Below are positions 23,580 to 34,212 of a stretch of DNA of 64,000 nucleotides, piece by piece (the first letter of the stretch is position 1; each line of letters opens with the position of its first letter). Below the pieces are notes generated by a model, which did not search any database, was not told where the DNA came from, and was given only the letters and a program-made list of their open reading frames with translations. The DNA lies in assembly GCA_043718025.1 (NCBI GenBank), contig JAYSWN010000172.1, positions 29,630-93,629 of the forward strand. Direction: 5' to 3'. The DNA is from Pseudomonadota bacterium (GTDB lineage: Bacteria > Bdellovibrionota > FAC87 > UBA2466). The translations under genes were made by a program, and so were the position numbers.

Positions 23580-24347
23580 ATGATTGCGCCCTATTTTATT
23601 GTCGGTTTTTTCATCCTCTTCTTTTTAAGCTCAGCCCTTAAGGTTCTGCAGGAGTACGAAAAAGGGGTGGTCTTTCGACTGGGCCGCTTAATCGGCGCCA
23701 AAGGGCCGGGCCTTATTATATTGATTCCGGGAATTGACCGCATGGTGAAGGTGTCGATGCGCATCGTAACCGCCGACATTCCCCCGCAGGACGTGGTGAC
23801 CAAAGACAACGTGTCGATCAAGGTAAACGCCGTAGTCCTATTTCGCGTGGTCGATCCAATTCGCGCCATCAATAACGTAGAGAGCTATTTGGACAGTACC
23901 TATCAGTATGCGCAAACCACTCTGCGTTCCGTACTCGGTAGCGTTGAGCTCGATGACGTGCTGGCCGAAAGGGTTGAACTCAACAAACGCATTCAAGAGA
24001 TTCTCGATCTACACACCGAGCCCTGGGGCATCAAAGTATCCGGGGTTGAGATCAAGCAAGTCGATTTACCCAAAGAAATGCAACGCGCAATGGCGGGGCA
24101 GGCCGAGGCCGAGCGTCAACGGCGGGCCAAAGTGATTAATGCCGAGGGCGAAGCCCAAGCCGCAAGCAAGCTGGTGGAAGCGGCAAAGAAAATTGAAGAC
24201 TACCCGGCGGCGCTTCAGCTGCGCTATTTGCAGACGCTTCAGGAGATTGCGACGGAGAATAACTCCACGGTAATTTTCCCGCTGCCGATAGACCTATTAA
24301 AAGCTTTCATGGAAAAGATTCAAAACAAACCCACGCGTGAGGTTTAA
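23580..24347 (+). CDS. SPFH/band 7 stomatin-like protein
   Basis: N-terminal TM then [47 protein letters not shown]. Confidence 0.85.
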   Translation: MIAPYFIVGFFILFFLSSALKVLQEYEKGVVFRLGRLIGAKGPGLIILIPGIDRMVKVSMRIVTADIPPQDVVTKDNVSIKVNAVVLFRVVDPIRAINNVESYLDSTYQYAQTTLRSVLGSVELDDVLAERVELNKRIQEILDLHTEPWGIKVSGVEIKQVDLPKEMQRAMAGQAEAERQRRAKVINAEGEAQAASKLVEAAKKIEDYPAALQLRYLQTLQEIATENNSTVIFPLPIDLLKAFMEKIQNKPTREV

Positions 24348-24350
24348 TTC

Positions 24351-24953
24351 TCAGCCGCCGAGCGTCTTTAACAACGGACCAACATCTTTCTGCATTTTCT
24401 CAACTAGCGTCGGGGGAATCAGAAACGTGCCCCCAAGAACGCGATTGCCCCCCTGTCGGACTCGCCAATGGAGTGGGTAGTACGTGCCGAAACTATTCCA
24501 ATCAATTAGCAGAGGGAAAGTGGCTGAGCCTCTTCCCAAATTACCCATAACCTCGGTCACACGAACTTCTATCGTTTCAAGTTCATGAGTGCGAGAGTTT
24601 TCAATTTCGAGGCGATAGGCCTGGGTGTCTTCCTCGTCTACCGAAAAAGGGATCGCTCCAGCCCGCTCAAAAACTGCCGCAGCGTAAGCTCCAAAAGGGA
24701 AGGAGCCAGATAAAAGGCGATCAAGGCGCTGAAAATAGGGAAGCAAAAGGTTACGCGCTTTTTTATCGGCATCCCTCTTTAACTCGCCGTCTTCATCAAA
24801 AACGGCGTCATAAAATTCGCTAACCGAAGGCAGGGCATTGAGAATTTCGAACCGCGGATCCCCATTCTGATCGTGATGATTGGCTACAGAAAGAATGAAC
24901 CGCTCGGCACTAAGAATCTGGTGTTCTTCGAACCATTTCCCCCATCGCAACAA
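24351..24953 (-). CDS. Hypothetical protein
   Basis: 200 aa ORF with a TTG start 6 nt after the stop of the upstream small membrane ORF. No domain recognised. Confidence 0.4.
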   Translation of the reverse strand: MLRWGKWFEEHQILSAERFILSVANHHDQNGDPRFEILNALPSVSEFYDAVFDEDGELKRDADKKARNLLLPYFQRLDRLLSGSFPFGAYAAAVFERAGAIPFSVDEEDTQAYRLEIENSRTHELETIEVRVTEVMGNLGRGSATFPLLIDWNSFGTYYPLHWRVRQGGNRVLGGTFLIPPTLVEKMQKDVGPLLKTLGG

Positions 24954-24959
24954 GAGACC

Positions 24960-25211
24960 CTAGTAAGTTTTGCCCAAAGGCAATTGGTCCAGGGCATGCC
25001 ACTGCGACTCAAACGCTTCAAACGAAAGGCGACCACGATAAAAACTAACTTCTGGAATGCGAACTCGATCGAAAGATTTACCGGCTTCCACGATCAACTC
25101 GATGCAGGGATCTTTGGAATGACTACCGACATCAAAAATGGCCCACGCGGCGGGAGCCGCAAGCAGAAAAGCCACGAAGGCGCCTAGAAAACCCCAATAC
25201 CCATTGCCCAT
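24960..25211 (-). CDS. Hypothetical small membrane protein
   Basis: 83 aa with an N-terminal TM (WGFLGAFVAFLLAAPAAWA). Translationally coupled to 24351..24953. Confidence 0.35.
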   Translation of the reverse strand: MGNGYWGFLGAFVAFLLAAPAAWAIFDVGSHSKDPCIELIVEAGKSFDRVRIPEVSFYRGRLSFEAFESQWHALDQLPLGKTY

Positions 25212-25333
25212 CCTTTATGGGTAGCGCATTGGATTATTTTCCACAATGGGTAATCAGCCAAATGGCGAAAAAAGAAGCTCTCCGCCTCACCGAACTCTAA
25301 ATTTTATTCATGGCAAAATCAGCTCAGTTTGCC

Positions 25334-26032
25334 TTAGCAAGAGGCGTAAGAAACCGCCCCAGCGTCGGGCGCTCCGTACCGTTTTTCGACGCCGGTAAGA
25401 AATTCGTGCCAGGCTTCCAAAGAATCTTTGGCCGCCGTTAAAGCACGCTCTGCTTGAGCAGAATCCGTGCAGAGCTTTTCGAGGCCAAGCATCTCATGTT
25501 CGGAGTGAACCACATCGTAGTGTTGGTGCGCGGTAAAAAAGCCCACACTTCTTTCGTCCACCACTCCGTAAAAGGACTTTAATCCTTCTTTTTTCTGGCG
25601 AGCGACGTCTGGCTGCTGCCGCTCGTACGCATAAACCGCGGCCAGCCCATCCACCGGATTTTCCGAAGCGGAATGTTTACGAAAGACGCGGAGTAAGTTT
25701 TCGGTTTCATCAGAATGGAAATGCGTTTTGACGGCCTCACGATCAACGCCAACGCTCTCGGCAAAACGTAACCACAGTTCGGGATGATTTTCTGGACCCT
25801 GCTCTTCATGAGCTAGGTTCTCAGCAATAGTGACACGAATGTCGGGGTCAGCAATGTGGGAATGAATTGCACTAAGGAATCGAGGGAATTCTTTTTCAAA
25901 GGCAAAATACTCTTTAGCGTAGCCCTGAAGCTCAGCCGTGCTGAGCTGACCGGCAGACCAACGAGTGTAAAAAGAGTGGCTCAATAAATGACGTGCCTGA
26001 ATGGCTTCTTCTAAACGAATTCGTAATGACAT
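25334..26032 (-). CDS. TenA/PqqC/CADD-like (heme-oxygenase-fold) family protein
   Basis: HSFYTRW..L..YAKEYFAFEKEFPRFL..AENLAHEEQG pattern. AGGAGAGG RBS. Confidence 0.55.
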   Translation of the reverse strand: MSLRIRLEEAIQARHLLSHSFYTRWSAGQLSTAELQGYAKEYFAFEKEFPRFLSAIHSHIADPDIRVTIAENLAHEEQGPENHPELWLRFAESVGVDREAVKTHFHSDETENLLRVFRKHSASENPVDGLAAVYAYERQQPDVARQKKEGLKSFYGVVDERSVGFFTAHQHYDVVHSEHEMLGLEKLCTDSAQAERALTAAKDSLEAWHEFLTGVEKRYGAPDAGAVSYASC

Positions 26033-26126
26033 AACCTCTCCTACAAAATAGCGATGGCGCCACTATAGAAAAGGGCGGGACCAGGGTCAAACCCTGAGAT
26101 AGGAAAGTTTAAGAATTGAAGGGCGC

Positions 26127-26474
26127 TTAGCGCCGATGACGGCGAGAACGTCGCGCTGCGCGACGGGCGTGGCGCTGGCGCTTGGCCTTGCCGCTGTAGC
26201 TAAAGCTCTTACGCGACGAGGAAGGCGCATAGCGAGAAAAACGCGACCCAAAGTACGGCACATGGCGAAGCGCATTGGTAACCACCGGGCCGAAGCCACG
26301 GCGAAACGCGCCCGCTTTATAGAGATTGTATCCACCGTATAAAAAGGCCCCAATCAAGGCGATTGGAAAAATCTGCCGAAACCACTGTTTTAACTTCCAT
26401 CCTAAATCACGCATACGTTCCCCTATAGACAAGGGTGCCCGCAAAGACACCGCCTCGGATGTCTCAAAAAGCAA
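26127..26474 (-). CDS. Hypothetical small protein with one TM helix and an Arg-rich C-terminal tail
   Basis: IFPIALIGAFLYGGYNLY TM, tail KRQRHARRAARRSRRHRR. The strand choice follows the neighbouring genes. A competing plus-strand ORF 26136..26342 exists. Confidence 0.3.
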   Translation of the reverse strand: MLFETSEAVSLRAPLSIGERMRDLGWKLKQWFRQIFPIALIGAFLYGGYNLYKAGAFRRGFGPVVTNALRHVPYFGSRFSRYAPSSSRKSFSYSGKAKRQRHARRAARRSRRHRR

Positions 26475-26699
26475 CTCGTATGCCGTTGGTCTACGAACTC
26501 AGTATTTGCATGAATTTAGCTACTTACGATGGAGTACGCGGCTCAAAAAGGTGTCAGCGCGCTGGACAGTTCGCCGTTTTTGGTCGCCAGCACCGCTTCT
26601 TTATAATTTTTTAGGGTTCTTTATGATGAATAGCAGCGTGCGCCCTGGCCTAAGGTAGCGTTTCGATCGACCCATTGCCCGAGCCCGGGCGAAAATAGC

Positions 26700-27812
26700 T
26701 TACTTCCGCTTTTTCTCCTTCGCCTCCAGACGATAGATAATGCCGGCGTACGAAACCACCAAAAGCTCACCGTCGTTATCTTCGCCGAAGCTTGAGATAG
26801 GCTGTTGAGAGTTGAGCAGTAACTCGTTTTTTACGCCTGTCTTGGTCACCTCATCCCAAGTCAGACCCCAAACTTTTCCTGAGCCGAAGTCGCCGAAAAT
26901 ATACTTTCCGCTCAAAACCGGCAACTTCGTGCCACGGTAAACGTAGCCACCGGTAACCGAAATGCCCGCGGCGCGAGGGTACTCGTGAATAGGCATGGTC
27001 ATGCCTTCCGCACGGCAGCCCACATCTGGCTTGTAGCAGTGATTGGCTTCCCACACGCCCCAGCCATAGTTCTTTCCTTTTTCAATGATGTTGATCTCTT
27101 CAAATCTATTTTGGCCAACGTCGGCTGCGAACAACAGGCCAGTTTTTCGATCGAAACTAAACCTCCACACATTACGCAAACCCCACGCGAAGATTTCGGG
27201 GCGGCCAGACTTACCCACCAATGGGTTATCGTTGGGGATTGAGTAAGGTGCTTTTCCGTTTACATCGATGCGAAGCATTTTACCCAAAAGCGTATCTAGC
27301 TTTTGGCCGTTGCCTTGCGGATCTCCGCCGCTGCCGCCGTCTCCCACGGTGATGAAGAGATGCCCCTGGTGGTCAAATTCAAGCATTCCCCCTTTATGGT
27401 TTGTGAACGGCTGCGCAAACTTCATGACCCGGGTTTCGACCAAGGTGTCGGCATTAAATTCGGCAATCACCGTACTCAATTCACCCGCCGGATTGTAATT
27501 TACGAAAAAGCGCCGATTGCGCGCAAACTGGGGGTGAAAGGCTAGACCGAGCAAACCCATTTCGCCACCCGAACGCACACGGCTCACAATATCGAGCACC
27601 GGGGTTGCCTCAAGCTGACCATTGCGAAAACGTCGAATACGACCGGCCTGTTCAAGAATCCAGTATGTGTTCACCTCGCCGGGAACCGGCGCAATGTACA
27701 CCGGATCTTCGATGCCATCCTTTAAAATGGGGGTTAACTGATAAGCGGAAGCCGAAAAACCAGGCGACGCGATTGTCAAAGAGAGAAAAAGAAAACTAAA
27801 TGCGATTTTCAC
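26700..27812 (-). CDS. PQQ-dependent soluble sugar dehydrogenase (glucose/sorbosone dehydrogenase family)
   Basis: Signal peptide. GLAFHP, HKGGML, GDGGSGGDPQGNGQ, WGLRNVWRFSFD and NYGWG motifs. Confidence 0.75.
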   Translation of the reverse strand: MKIAFSFLFLSLTIASPGFSASAYQLTPILKDGIEDPVYIAPVPGEVNTYWILEQAGRIRRFRNGQLEATPVLDIVSRVRSGGEMGLLGLAFHPQFARNRRFFVNYNPAGELSTVIAEFNADTLVETRVMKFAQPFTNHKGGMLEFDHQGHLFITVGDGGSGGDPQGNGQKLDTLLGKMLRIDVNGKAPYSIPNDNPLVGKSGRPEIFAWGLRNVWRFSFDRKTGLLFAADVGQNRFEEINIIEKGKNYGWGVWEANHCYKPDVGCRAEGMTMPIHEYPRAAGISVTGGYVYRGTKLPVLSGKYIFGDFGSGKVWGLTWDEVTKTGVKNELLLNSQQPISSFGEDNDGELLVVSYAGIIYRLEAKEKKRK

Positions 27813-27969
27813 GATGACTCCTTTGCCTCAACTCAAGACAAGAGTTAAAACCCGACCATTCCCCAAAAAAGGAATTCTGGTTAGCGAAAGTTCTTATTTA
27901 AAAGTATTTTCGTTAACCCCTAGTATTGGTACGGGTAAGAATCAGAGTTAGGGATCAGGGTCATATTTT

Positions 27970-29304
27970 ATGAGCAGCGTCATGAGGCAACCACCGCACA
28001 ACAACGAGGCAGAAACCTCGGTGCTCGGTGGCATCCTCCTCGACAATCAGATTTATCAGAAACTCGAAGACGTACTCGAGCCCGACGATTTTTACCGCCC
28101 GGCCAACGCCAAAATCTTTCACTCCATGCGCGAGCTATCCAGCCGCAACGAGCCAATCGACATCGTTACCCTTACGGTGAAGATGAAAGAGCTGGGCCTA
28201 TTCGAAGAGTGTGGCGGCGCGGCTTACCTGGCCGACATTTTGGAGCGCGTGCCGACCGCCATCAACGCTGAGTACCACGCTAAACTGGTGGCCGATCAAG
28301 CGATAAAACGGCGGCTGGTCAGTGCCTGTACCGATCTCGGTCAGCGCGGCATGGATCAAAGCGAACAGACCGAAGAGCTTTTGGATCACGCCGAAAAGAC
28401 CATTTTTGGCCTGACCTCATCGCGCAAAACCAAATCGGTGGTGCACCTGCGCGACATCATTAAGCCCGCGTTTCATGAGCTAGAATACCGCTTCGCGCAC
28501 CGTGGAGAACTCACCGGTGTGCCCACCGGTTTCGATGCCCTAGATAAACAGACGTACGGGTTTCAAAAATCAGACCTCATCATCGTGGCCTGCCGCCCCA
28601 GCGTTGGTAAAACCAGCTTTGCGCTAGGCGTATCGCGACATGCGGCCACCCGAAAAAAGCTGCCCGTGCTTTTCTTTTCATTAGAAATGTCGAAAGAGCA
28701 GATCGTCACCCGCCTGTTAGCCGCCGAAGCCAAAGTTGACTCCACTAAAATCAGGAGTGGGGAGCTCGCTGATCAAGACTGGCAAAAGCTCACTCGCGCC
28801 GCCGGAGTACTTACCGACGCACCGCTTTTTATCGATGATACTCCCTCGCTTTCAGTGCTAGAAATGCGCGCCAAAGCCCGGCGTCTCAAATCACAGCATG
28901 GTGATCTTGGGCTCATTATTGTGGACTACCTGCAAATTATGGGAACCCCAAAAGGTTCGGAGAGTCGTGAAAAAGCGATCTCTGAAATTTCGCGGTCGCT
29001 AAAATCGCTGGCCAAAGAGCTGCAAGTGCCGGTGTTGGCGCTGTCGCAGCTGAACCGCAGTATTGAGTCACGCACAGAAAAAAGGCCGATGATGTCAGAC
29101 ATTCGAGAATCGGGTGCCATTGAACAAGACGCCGACGTTATCATCTTCATCCACCGTGAAAATACGGAGGCTTCAACCAAAGAGGCCTCGCCCGCCACTT
29201 TAATTGTGGGCAAAAACCGAAACGGCCCGCGCGAAGATGTGCCGGTGGTCTGGTTGGGTCAGTACACCTCGTTCGAAAATCTGGCGGCGCCACCGTCCGG
29301 GTAA
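27970..29304 (+). CDS. dnaB: Replicative DNA helicase DnaB
   Basis: N-terminal ETSVLGGILLDNQ. Walker A ACRPSVGKTSFAL. 444 aa. Confidence 0.9.
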   Translation: MSSVMRQPPHNNEAETSVLGGILLDNQIYQKLEDVLEPDDFYRPANAKIFHSMRELSSRNEPIDIVTLTVKMKELGLFEECGGAAYLADILERVPTAINAEYHAKLVADQAIKRRLVSACTDLGQRGMDQSEQTEELLDHAEKTIFGLTSSRKTKSVVHLRDIIKPAFHELEYRFAHRGELTGVPTGFDALDKQTYGFQKSDLIIVACRPSVGKTSFALGVSRHAATRKKLPVLFFSLEMSKEQIVTRLLAAEAKVDSTKIRSGELADQDWQKLTRAAGVLTDAPLFIDDTPSLSVLEMRAKARRLKSQHGDLGLIIVDYLQIMGTPKGSESREKAISEISRSLKSLAKELQVPVLALSQLNRSIESRTEKRPMMSDIRESGAIEQDADVIIFIHRENTEASTKEASPATLIVGKNRNGPREDVPVVWLGQYTSFENLAAPPSG

Positions 29305-29334
29305 TTAAATTTTAACGCGTTTAAAAAAAAGACT

Positions 29335-29682
29335 GTGCTAGAGTTTACGAAACTAAAGACTCCACAAATGGAAACCAAAACAGGGCGAACACCTACTCAC
29401 TCTTTGCAAAAAAAGAGAGTCAAAAAGAAGGCGCCGGCGTCTTCTCCTGCGCCCGACTGTGTTTCGTCGAAAGGGCAGGATCTCCTCAATCAGGTAATTC
29501 AGTTAACCGGAATTCCGGCCGATTCGATCCGCCGCGAGCTGAAAGTGATTCTGGATAAAAAGAATCTAGCGCTTGAGCAATTAACGCTTGAGCAATTGCG
29601 CGCCGTGACAGCAAGCTATCTGCGCGAAATTATAGGTTCAATATTGGACCGTGGGCGCCCTCCAAAAGAGCCTACCAACTAA
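29335..29682 (+). CDS. Hypothetical basic protein
   Basis: 115 aa ORF with a GTG start, or ATG at 29368. Lys-rich N-terminus. Confidence 0.35.
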   Translation: MLEFTKLKTPQMETKTGRTPTHSLQKKRVKKKAPASSPAPDCVSSKGQDLLNQVIQLTGIPADSIRRELKVILDKKNLALEQLTLEQLRAVTASYLREIIGSILDRGRPPKEPTN

Positions 29683-29861
29683 GCTCGTCATCAATTGCCC
29701 GGAAGCGACGAAATTTGTCATTCTATTTTGTAACAAGTTGACGCGTAATATCGTCCAACATTGAAAATAAGCTTTATAATGTGGTACAAGCTTTCGGTTC
29801 CCAATCAATTCAAATCACCATAAAAGACAGTCTGGTACCGACCATCCAGGAGGCCCCTATT

Positions 29862-31403
29862 TTGACGCGTAACGCAAATCATTGGCTTTTGTCCGTAGCC
29901 TTTTTGGCGGTCTCCTTAATTCTTTCGTCGTGCGCAACCACGACGGTCGATAAAACCGCGGACGGGCCCCCAAACGATCCGGTGGTCTCCACCGCCGATG
30001 AACCCGAAACAGAACATTCTAGAAATTCGGCGAAAATCGAAAATCAAACGATCGATGACATTATTCGCATCGAAGAGCCCAACACCCTCACTCTGTACGA
30101 CAACTCGCGCTACGATTTTCCAATCACCGTGAACTCACGGGTCGAAGGCTGGATTGACTATTTTACCGGCCGCGGCCGCGGGCACATGGAACGCTACTTG
30201 GCCCGTTCCGCTCGCTACATCCCCCGAATGAAAGAAACCTTGAAGAGTTTGGGCATGCCGCAAGACTTAGTTTACCTGGCCCTCATCGAAAGCGGATTTA
30301 ACGTCCGCGCCAAATCTCACGCCCGAGCGGTTGGGCCCTGGCAGTTCATTAAGCCTACCGGCAAACGCTATGGCCTTCGTGTCGACGCCTGGCTCGACGA
30401 ACGGCGCGATCCGATTAAGAGCACCGTGGCGGCCGCCAAATATTTAAAAGACCTCTACCTGATGTTTGAGTCGTGGTATCTCGCCGCTTCGGCCTATAAC
30501 GCCGGTGAATACAAAGTGCTGCGCGCCATCGAAGAACAAAAAACGAATAACTACTGGCGCATTTGTGAAACCCGCTCACTTAAACGCGAAACCAAAGATT
30601 ACGTGCCAAAACTCATTGCCGCCGCGGTGATCGCCAAGAACCCCAATCGCTACGGGTTCGATGGAATCGTCTATCAGGATGCTTTAGAGTTTGAAACAGT
30701 GAGTATCGACTTTCCGCTGCACTTAAAGGAAGTGGCGAAACTTATCGACGTGCCGATGGACGACTTAGAAGAGCTGAACCCCCATCTCGTACGCAACATG
30801 ATCCCGCCCAATTCACCTAACTTCGAGCTGCGCGTGCCCACCGGCACTCGCGCGTTAGTCGAACGGGCGATTGCGCAGATGCGGCCCGCATTAGAAGAAA
30901 ATAAATTGCCCAGACAACACCTGGTCGCCAACGGGGAAACGCTAAATTCAATTGCCCGCCGATACCGCATTTCCAGCCGTGCGCTGGCTAACGCCAATAA
31001 CGTGGTGCCAAAAGAAAAACTGACCCCGGGTCTATCGCTGGTCATTCCCGGAGCCGAAGAGCGACGGGCTGAACCAGTTCGGCGCGAAAATGCGGCCAAC
31101 CGCCGCGGACGTAATAACGCCGCCCTGGTTGCCGATGAATCTGGTTTTGTTACGCACGTGGTCCGGCGAGGAGAATCGCTATGGTCCATCTCTGAAAAGT
31201 ATGACGTCACCGTTCATGACATCTTCAAGTGGAACAGTTTGCGCAAGTCACGCATCTTTCCCGGTAAGCGGCTTCGCATCAAGGGCGCGGCGGGTGGAGA
31301 GCAGTCCCTTAACGGTCACAATAGCCGCGCCACTCAAACCGGAATGAGATTTGCCAGCCTGAAAGCACCGGCCAAAAAGAAGGCTACAAAGTTCCAACCG
31401 TAA
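29862..31403 (+). CDS. Membrane-bound lytic murein transglycosylase D-like (SLT domain plus two LysM)
   Basis: SLT catalytic region LALIESGFN..GPWQF..AYNAG. Two LysM repeats near the C-terminus. Lipoprotein signal ..LILSSC. TTG 29862 follows GGAGG. The ORF-track start at 29781 is less likely. Confidence 0.8.
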   Translation: MTRNANHWLLSVAFLAVSLILSSCATTTVDKTADGPPNDPVVSTADEPETEHSRNSAKIENQTIDDIIRIEEPNTLTLYDNSRYDFPITVNSRVEGWIDYFTGRGRGHMERYLARSARYIPRMKETLKSLGMPQDLVYLALIESGFNVRAKSHARAVGPWQFIKPTGKRYGLRVDAWLDERRDPIKSTVAAAKYLKDLYLMFESWYLAASAYNAGEYKVLRAIEEQKTNNYWRICETRSLKRETKDYVPKLIAAAVIAKNPNRYGFDGIVYQDALEFETVSIDFPLHLKEVAKLIDVPMDDLEELNPHLVRNMIPPNSPNFELRVPTGTRALVERAIAQMRPALEENKLPRQHLVANGETLNSIARRYRISSRALANANNVVPKEKLTPGLSLVIPGAEERRAEPVRRENAANRRGRNNAALVADESGFVTHVVRRGESLWSISEKYDVTVHDIFKWNSLRKSRIFPGKRLRIKGAAGGEQSLNGHNSRATQTGMRFASLKAPAKKKATKFQP

Positions 31404-34212
31404 AGTAAAAGCGGGCGCCCCCGGCCCCCGTATTGAGCCCCTGGGCCACATCTATGACCACTGGGCCCACCGGGGTCTTGTAGCGAAATCCGGCACCTAA
31501 GGAAGTCTTCTGCACGCCGGCGATGAGCTCCGGAAAGATTTGCCCGCTGTCCATAAAAAGCGCCACACTAAAGTTTCCGAAGATAACGCAATTCACTTCG
31601 CCGCGAAGGTTCCAAAAGGCGCTTTTAGACGGTGACGCATCATTTGCGGCCGGTGACAGGCCGCGCAAATCAAACCCTCGTATCGAGGGTTGACCGCCCA
31701 GGGCCAGTTCATTCACCAAACGAGTACGCGGGATGCCCTGTCCAAAGATACCTTGGGCATAGCCTAGACCACCAAATACTGTGAAGCTCAATGGTCCGAC
31801 CAACGGAAAGTAAAAAGAATTGCGCGCCACCGACAAAATGAAACCAACCCCGTTCGAAGACAGTAGCGCCGGGTGTGAGAACTCCAAATCAATTGTATGG
31901 AAACTGCCCGTGGTGGGATTAAAGGGATCATCACGCCGGTCCAAGATCAGGCCCGGTCCGGTAGAACCGATCGAATCAATGCGCGTGCTGGTGCTACCGT
32001 CTAATGTTTCATTCTTGGTTCGCTCAAAGCGATAGAGTCTATAAAATAACGTCAGGCGGTCATTGAGCTTTTTCTCAATCTTACCTTCGATACGGGCCCG
32101 AGTTTGAATGCCTGGCCCCACCGCGCTAATTTGAAAACTGTCGAGCCCCACCTGAGAACTGAATATAAATGGCAGTCCCAAAAAGTAAGGGGCCCGGTAG
32201 CCTAACAGGGCTCCATACTCAACGAAGGGAATGAAGTTATCTCGGCTGATCGGCAAGGCAATTTCAGAGCGCGCCGAAACCGTGTGATTGAGGCCGGCTA
32301 CATTTCGGTAGGCAATGCCGCCGAACGCGCGAAGCCTAAATAACGGGTCTTCGTAAAGCCCGCCGAGACCAAACTCACCGAGGCCCGGTTCGCTTTCTCT
32401 CACCGCCACAACGAGATTCTTGCGGGCGCCGTCAGCATTTTCGACGCGCACTTCGACACGACTAAAAATGCCTAACACCGAAATTTCTTCTTCGCTCTGG
32501 CGAACCTTAACCGGGTCGAGCAGATCGCCCTCGTGAATGCGCAGTTCGCGGAGAATAACCTCCGGTCGGGTTCTGCGATTTCCAGCGATCGAAATCTTTC
32601 CAACCCGGTACTGTGCCCCTTCTTCAACCTTCATCGAAACGTTGGCGACGCTCTTATTGGCCGGAAACTGAATCCAGTCGTCTTCGCTGGTCGTAACCGC
32701 CGCATCAACGTACCCCAGCGTTTTAAGTCTCTCTATAAAGGCCTTCCGCCCCCGCAATAACGCCTCTTTGTCGAAAGGGGCTCCGGCTTTAAACTGAAGA
32801 AGGGTTGCCGCCTCATCGATCGACATCGATTTCAAACCCAGAATTTCCAAACTTCCCATGGAGGTTTGCCGTCCCAAATCCAGGTCAAACAGAATGCGTA
32901 CCCCTTTGTGATCATCAGAAAAAAACCATTTAGGGTCAGAAACGATGGGATTTAAGAACCCCCGCCGCAAAATTTCAGCTTTAAAATCGATGATTGAATC
33001 GCGCAGCCCCTCTTCCCAAAAAAAGCCCTGCCGGAGCACTCCGCGCTCTACGGATTCAAAAACCGCGATCGGCGTTTCGCTACCGATCAGATCGCGACTG
33101 GTAATTTTAATTGAATCAATGCGAACGCGCGGTCCTTCGCTGATTCGAAATTCGGTAAGCTTAGCCGCTTGGGCGCCCACTTCGCGCTGAATCACCTCAA
33201 CCTTGGCAAAGGCGTACCCGACTTCGCGGTACTTCTTCTCGATGAGCAGACGAATGCGGCCCATCGAATCGGCCCCGGCCGCTTCGGTCCGTATCCAGCT
33301 TCGCAGCGTGAACTCGTCGTAAACTTCGTTCCCGAAAAAGGCGATAAGGTAACGGCCGCCCAGGGTAAAGCGGATCAAAATCTTACGGGTATTTTCTTGC
33401 TCCGGAGTGCGTGAAACTTCAATTACCACCTTTGCTTCCGGATATTGGTTTTCACGAAGGTAGTTTTCTAAATCCCCTACTGACTCATCAAGATCGGAAC
33501 GGCGTAAAATTCCCGATTCGCGGAATCGCAACCGCGACATTAGGTTTGCTTTTAGCTCCAGCGGAACACCGTGCCACTCAATAGTCCCCACTCTCGAAGC
33601 TTCGCCCAAGGCCGCACGAACACGAATTAAGGTTGGCGTCGGCTCTCCCTCGTCGTCCTCCAAAGTGAATTGAATCTCGGCGTTTTCGTAGCCCAAGGCG
33701 GCCAATGCCGCTAGTGATTCAGACCGCCAGGTTTCAAGGTGGCGCGAGTCAAAAGCCATCCCCTCATCCCATTTGAGGCGCTGACGAATGGCGCGGGCCA
33801 TGCGCTCATCGGCCAGATCATAGCTCCACCCTTTGAGCACCCGGATACGGTTTCCCCTAACGATGAGGCGCAGGCCAGCCCCCTCGGGCTCGGCTTCTAC
33901 AAACAAACTCTGCATCCGGCCACGTTGAATCAACGCGCGAATGCCCGACTCCATTCGCGCAAAATCAACCGGTGAGCCCACCGTCAATCCTAAGTCAGAG
34001 ATCAAAACTTTGCGTTCTTCGGCGGTGAAGGCCGGAGCGGTGATCGATACAGCGCTCTTTTGGGCAAGATCGTGAAAGTTTTCGGCGAGGCTACTCGAAG
34101 GTAAAACGGTAGCGCACATCCAGACCATAAGACTGAGAAGAGGTCGAAGAAGTCGTGGCCGAGCTGCTCTTCGTTCGGTCGGTAGTAGTGGCATTGATCG
34201 ATAAGTTATCAT
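31384..34212 (-). CDS. Omp85 family outer-membrane protein (BamA/TamA-like) with multiple POTRA domains
   Basis: 942 aa with POTRA-like repeats and a C-terminal D15/bacterial surface antigen barrel. Its 5' end overlaps the tamB-like gene by 30 to 120 nt. Confidence 0.75.
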   Translation of the reverse strand: MITYRSMPLLPTERRAARPRLLRPLLSLMVWMCATVLPSSSLAENFHDLAQKSAVSITAPAFTAEERKVLISDLGLTVGSPVDFARMESGIRALIQRGRMQSLFVEAEPEGAGLRLIVRGNRIRVLKGWSYDLADERMARAIRQRLKWDEGMAFDSRHLETWRSESLAALAALGYENAEIQFTLEDDEGEPTPTLIRVRAALGEASRVGTIEWHGVPLELKANLMSRLRFRESGILRRSDLDESVGDLENYLRENQYPEAKVVIEVSRTPEQENTRKILIRFTLGGRYLIAFFGNEVYDEFTLRSWIRTEAAGADSMGRIRLLIEKKYREVGYAFAKVEVIQREVGAQAAKLTEFRISEGPRVRIDSIKITSRDLIGSETPIAVFESVERGVLRQGFFWEEGLRDSIIDFKAEILRRGFLNPIVSDPKWFFSDDHKGVRILFDLDLGRQTSMGSLEILGLKSMSIDEAATLLQFKAGAPFDKEALLRGRKAFIERLKTLGYVDAAVTTSEDDWIQFPANKSVANVSMKVEEGAQYRVGKISIAGNRRTRPEVILRELRIHEGDLLDPVKVRQSEEEISVLGIFSRVEVRVENADGARKNLVVAVRESEPGLGEFGLGGLYEDPLFRLRAFGGIAYRNVAGLNHTVSARSEIALPISRDNFIPFVEYGALLGYRAPYFLGLPFIFSSQVGLDSFQISAVGPGIQTRARIEGKIEKKLNDRLTLFYRLYRFERTKNETLDGSTSTRIDSIGSTGPGLILDRRDDPFNPTTGSFHTIDLEFSHPALLSSNGVGFILSVARNSFYFPLVGPLSFTVFGGLGYAQGIFGQGIPRTRLVNELALGGQPSIRGFDLRGLSPAANDASPSKSAFWNLRGEVNCVIFGNFSVALFMDSGQIFPELIAGVQKTSLGAGFRYKTPVGPVVIDVAQGLNTGAGGARFYFTVGTL

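Noticed and set aside
26136-26342. Plus-strand 68 aa ORF overlapping the small basic-protein gene
   Set aside because: Arg/Ala-rich mirror-frame translation. The minus-strand frame has a TM helix and agrees with the neighbouring gene orientation.
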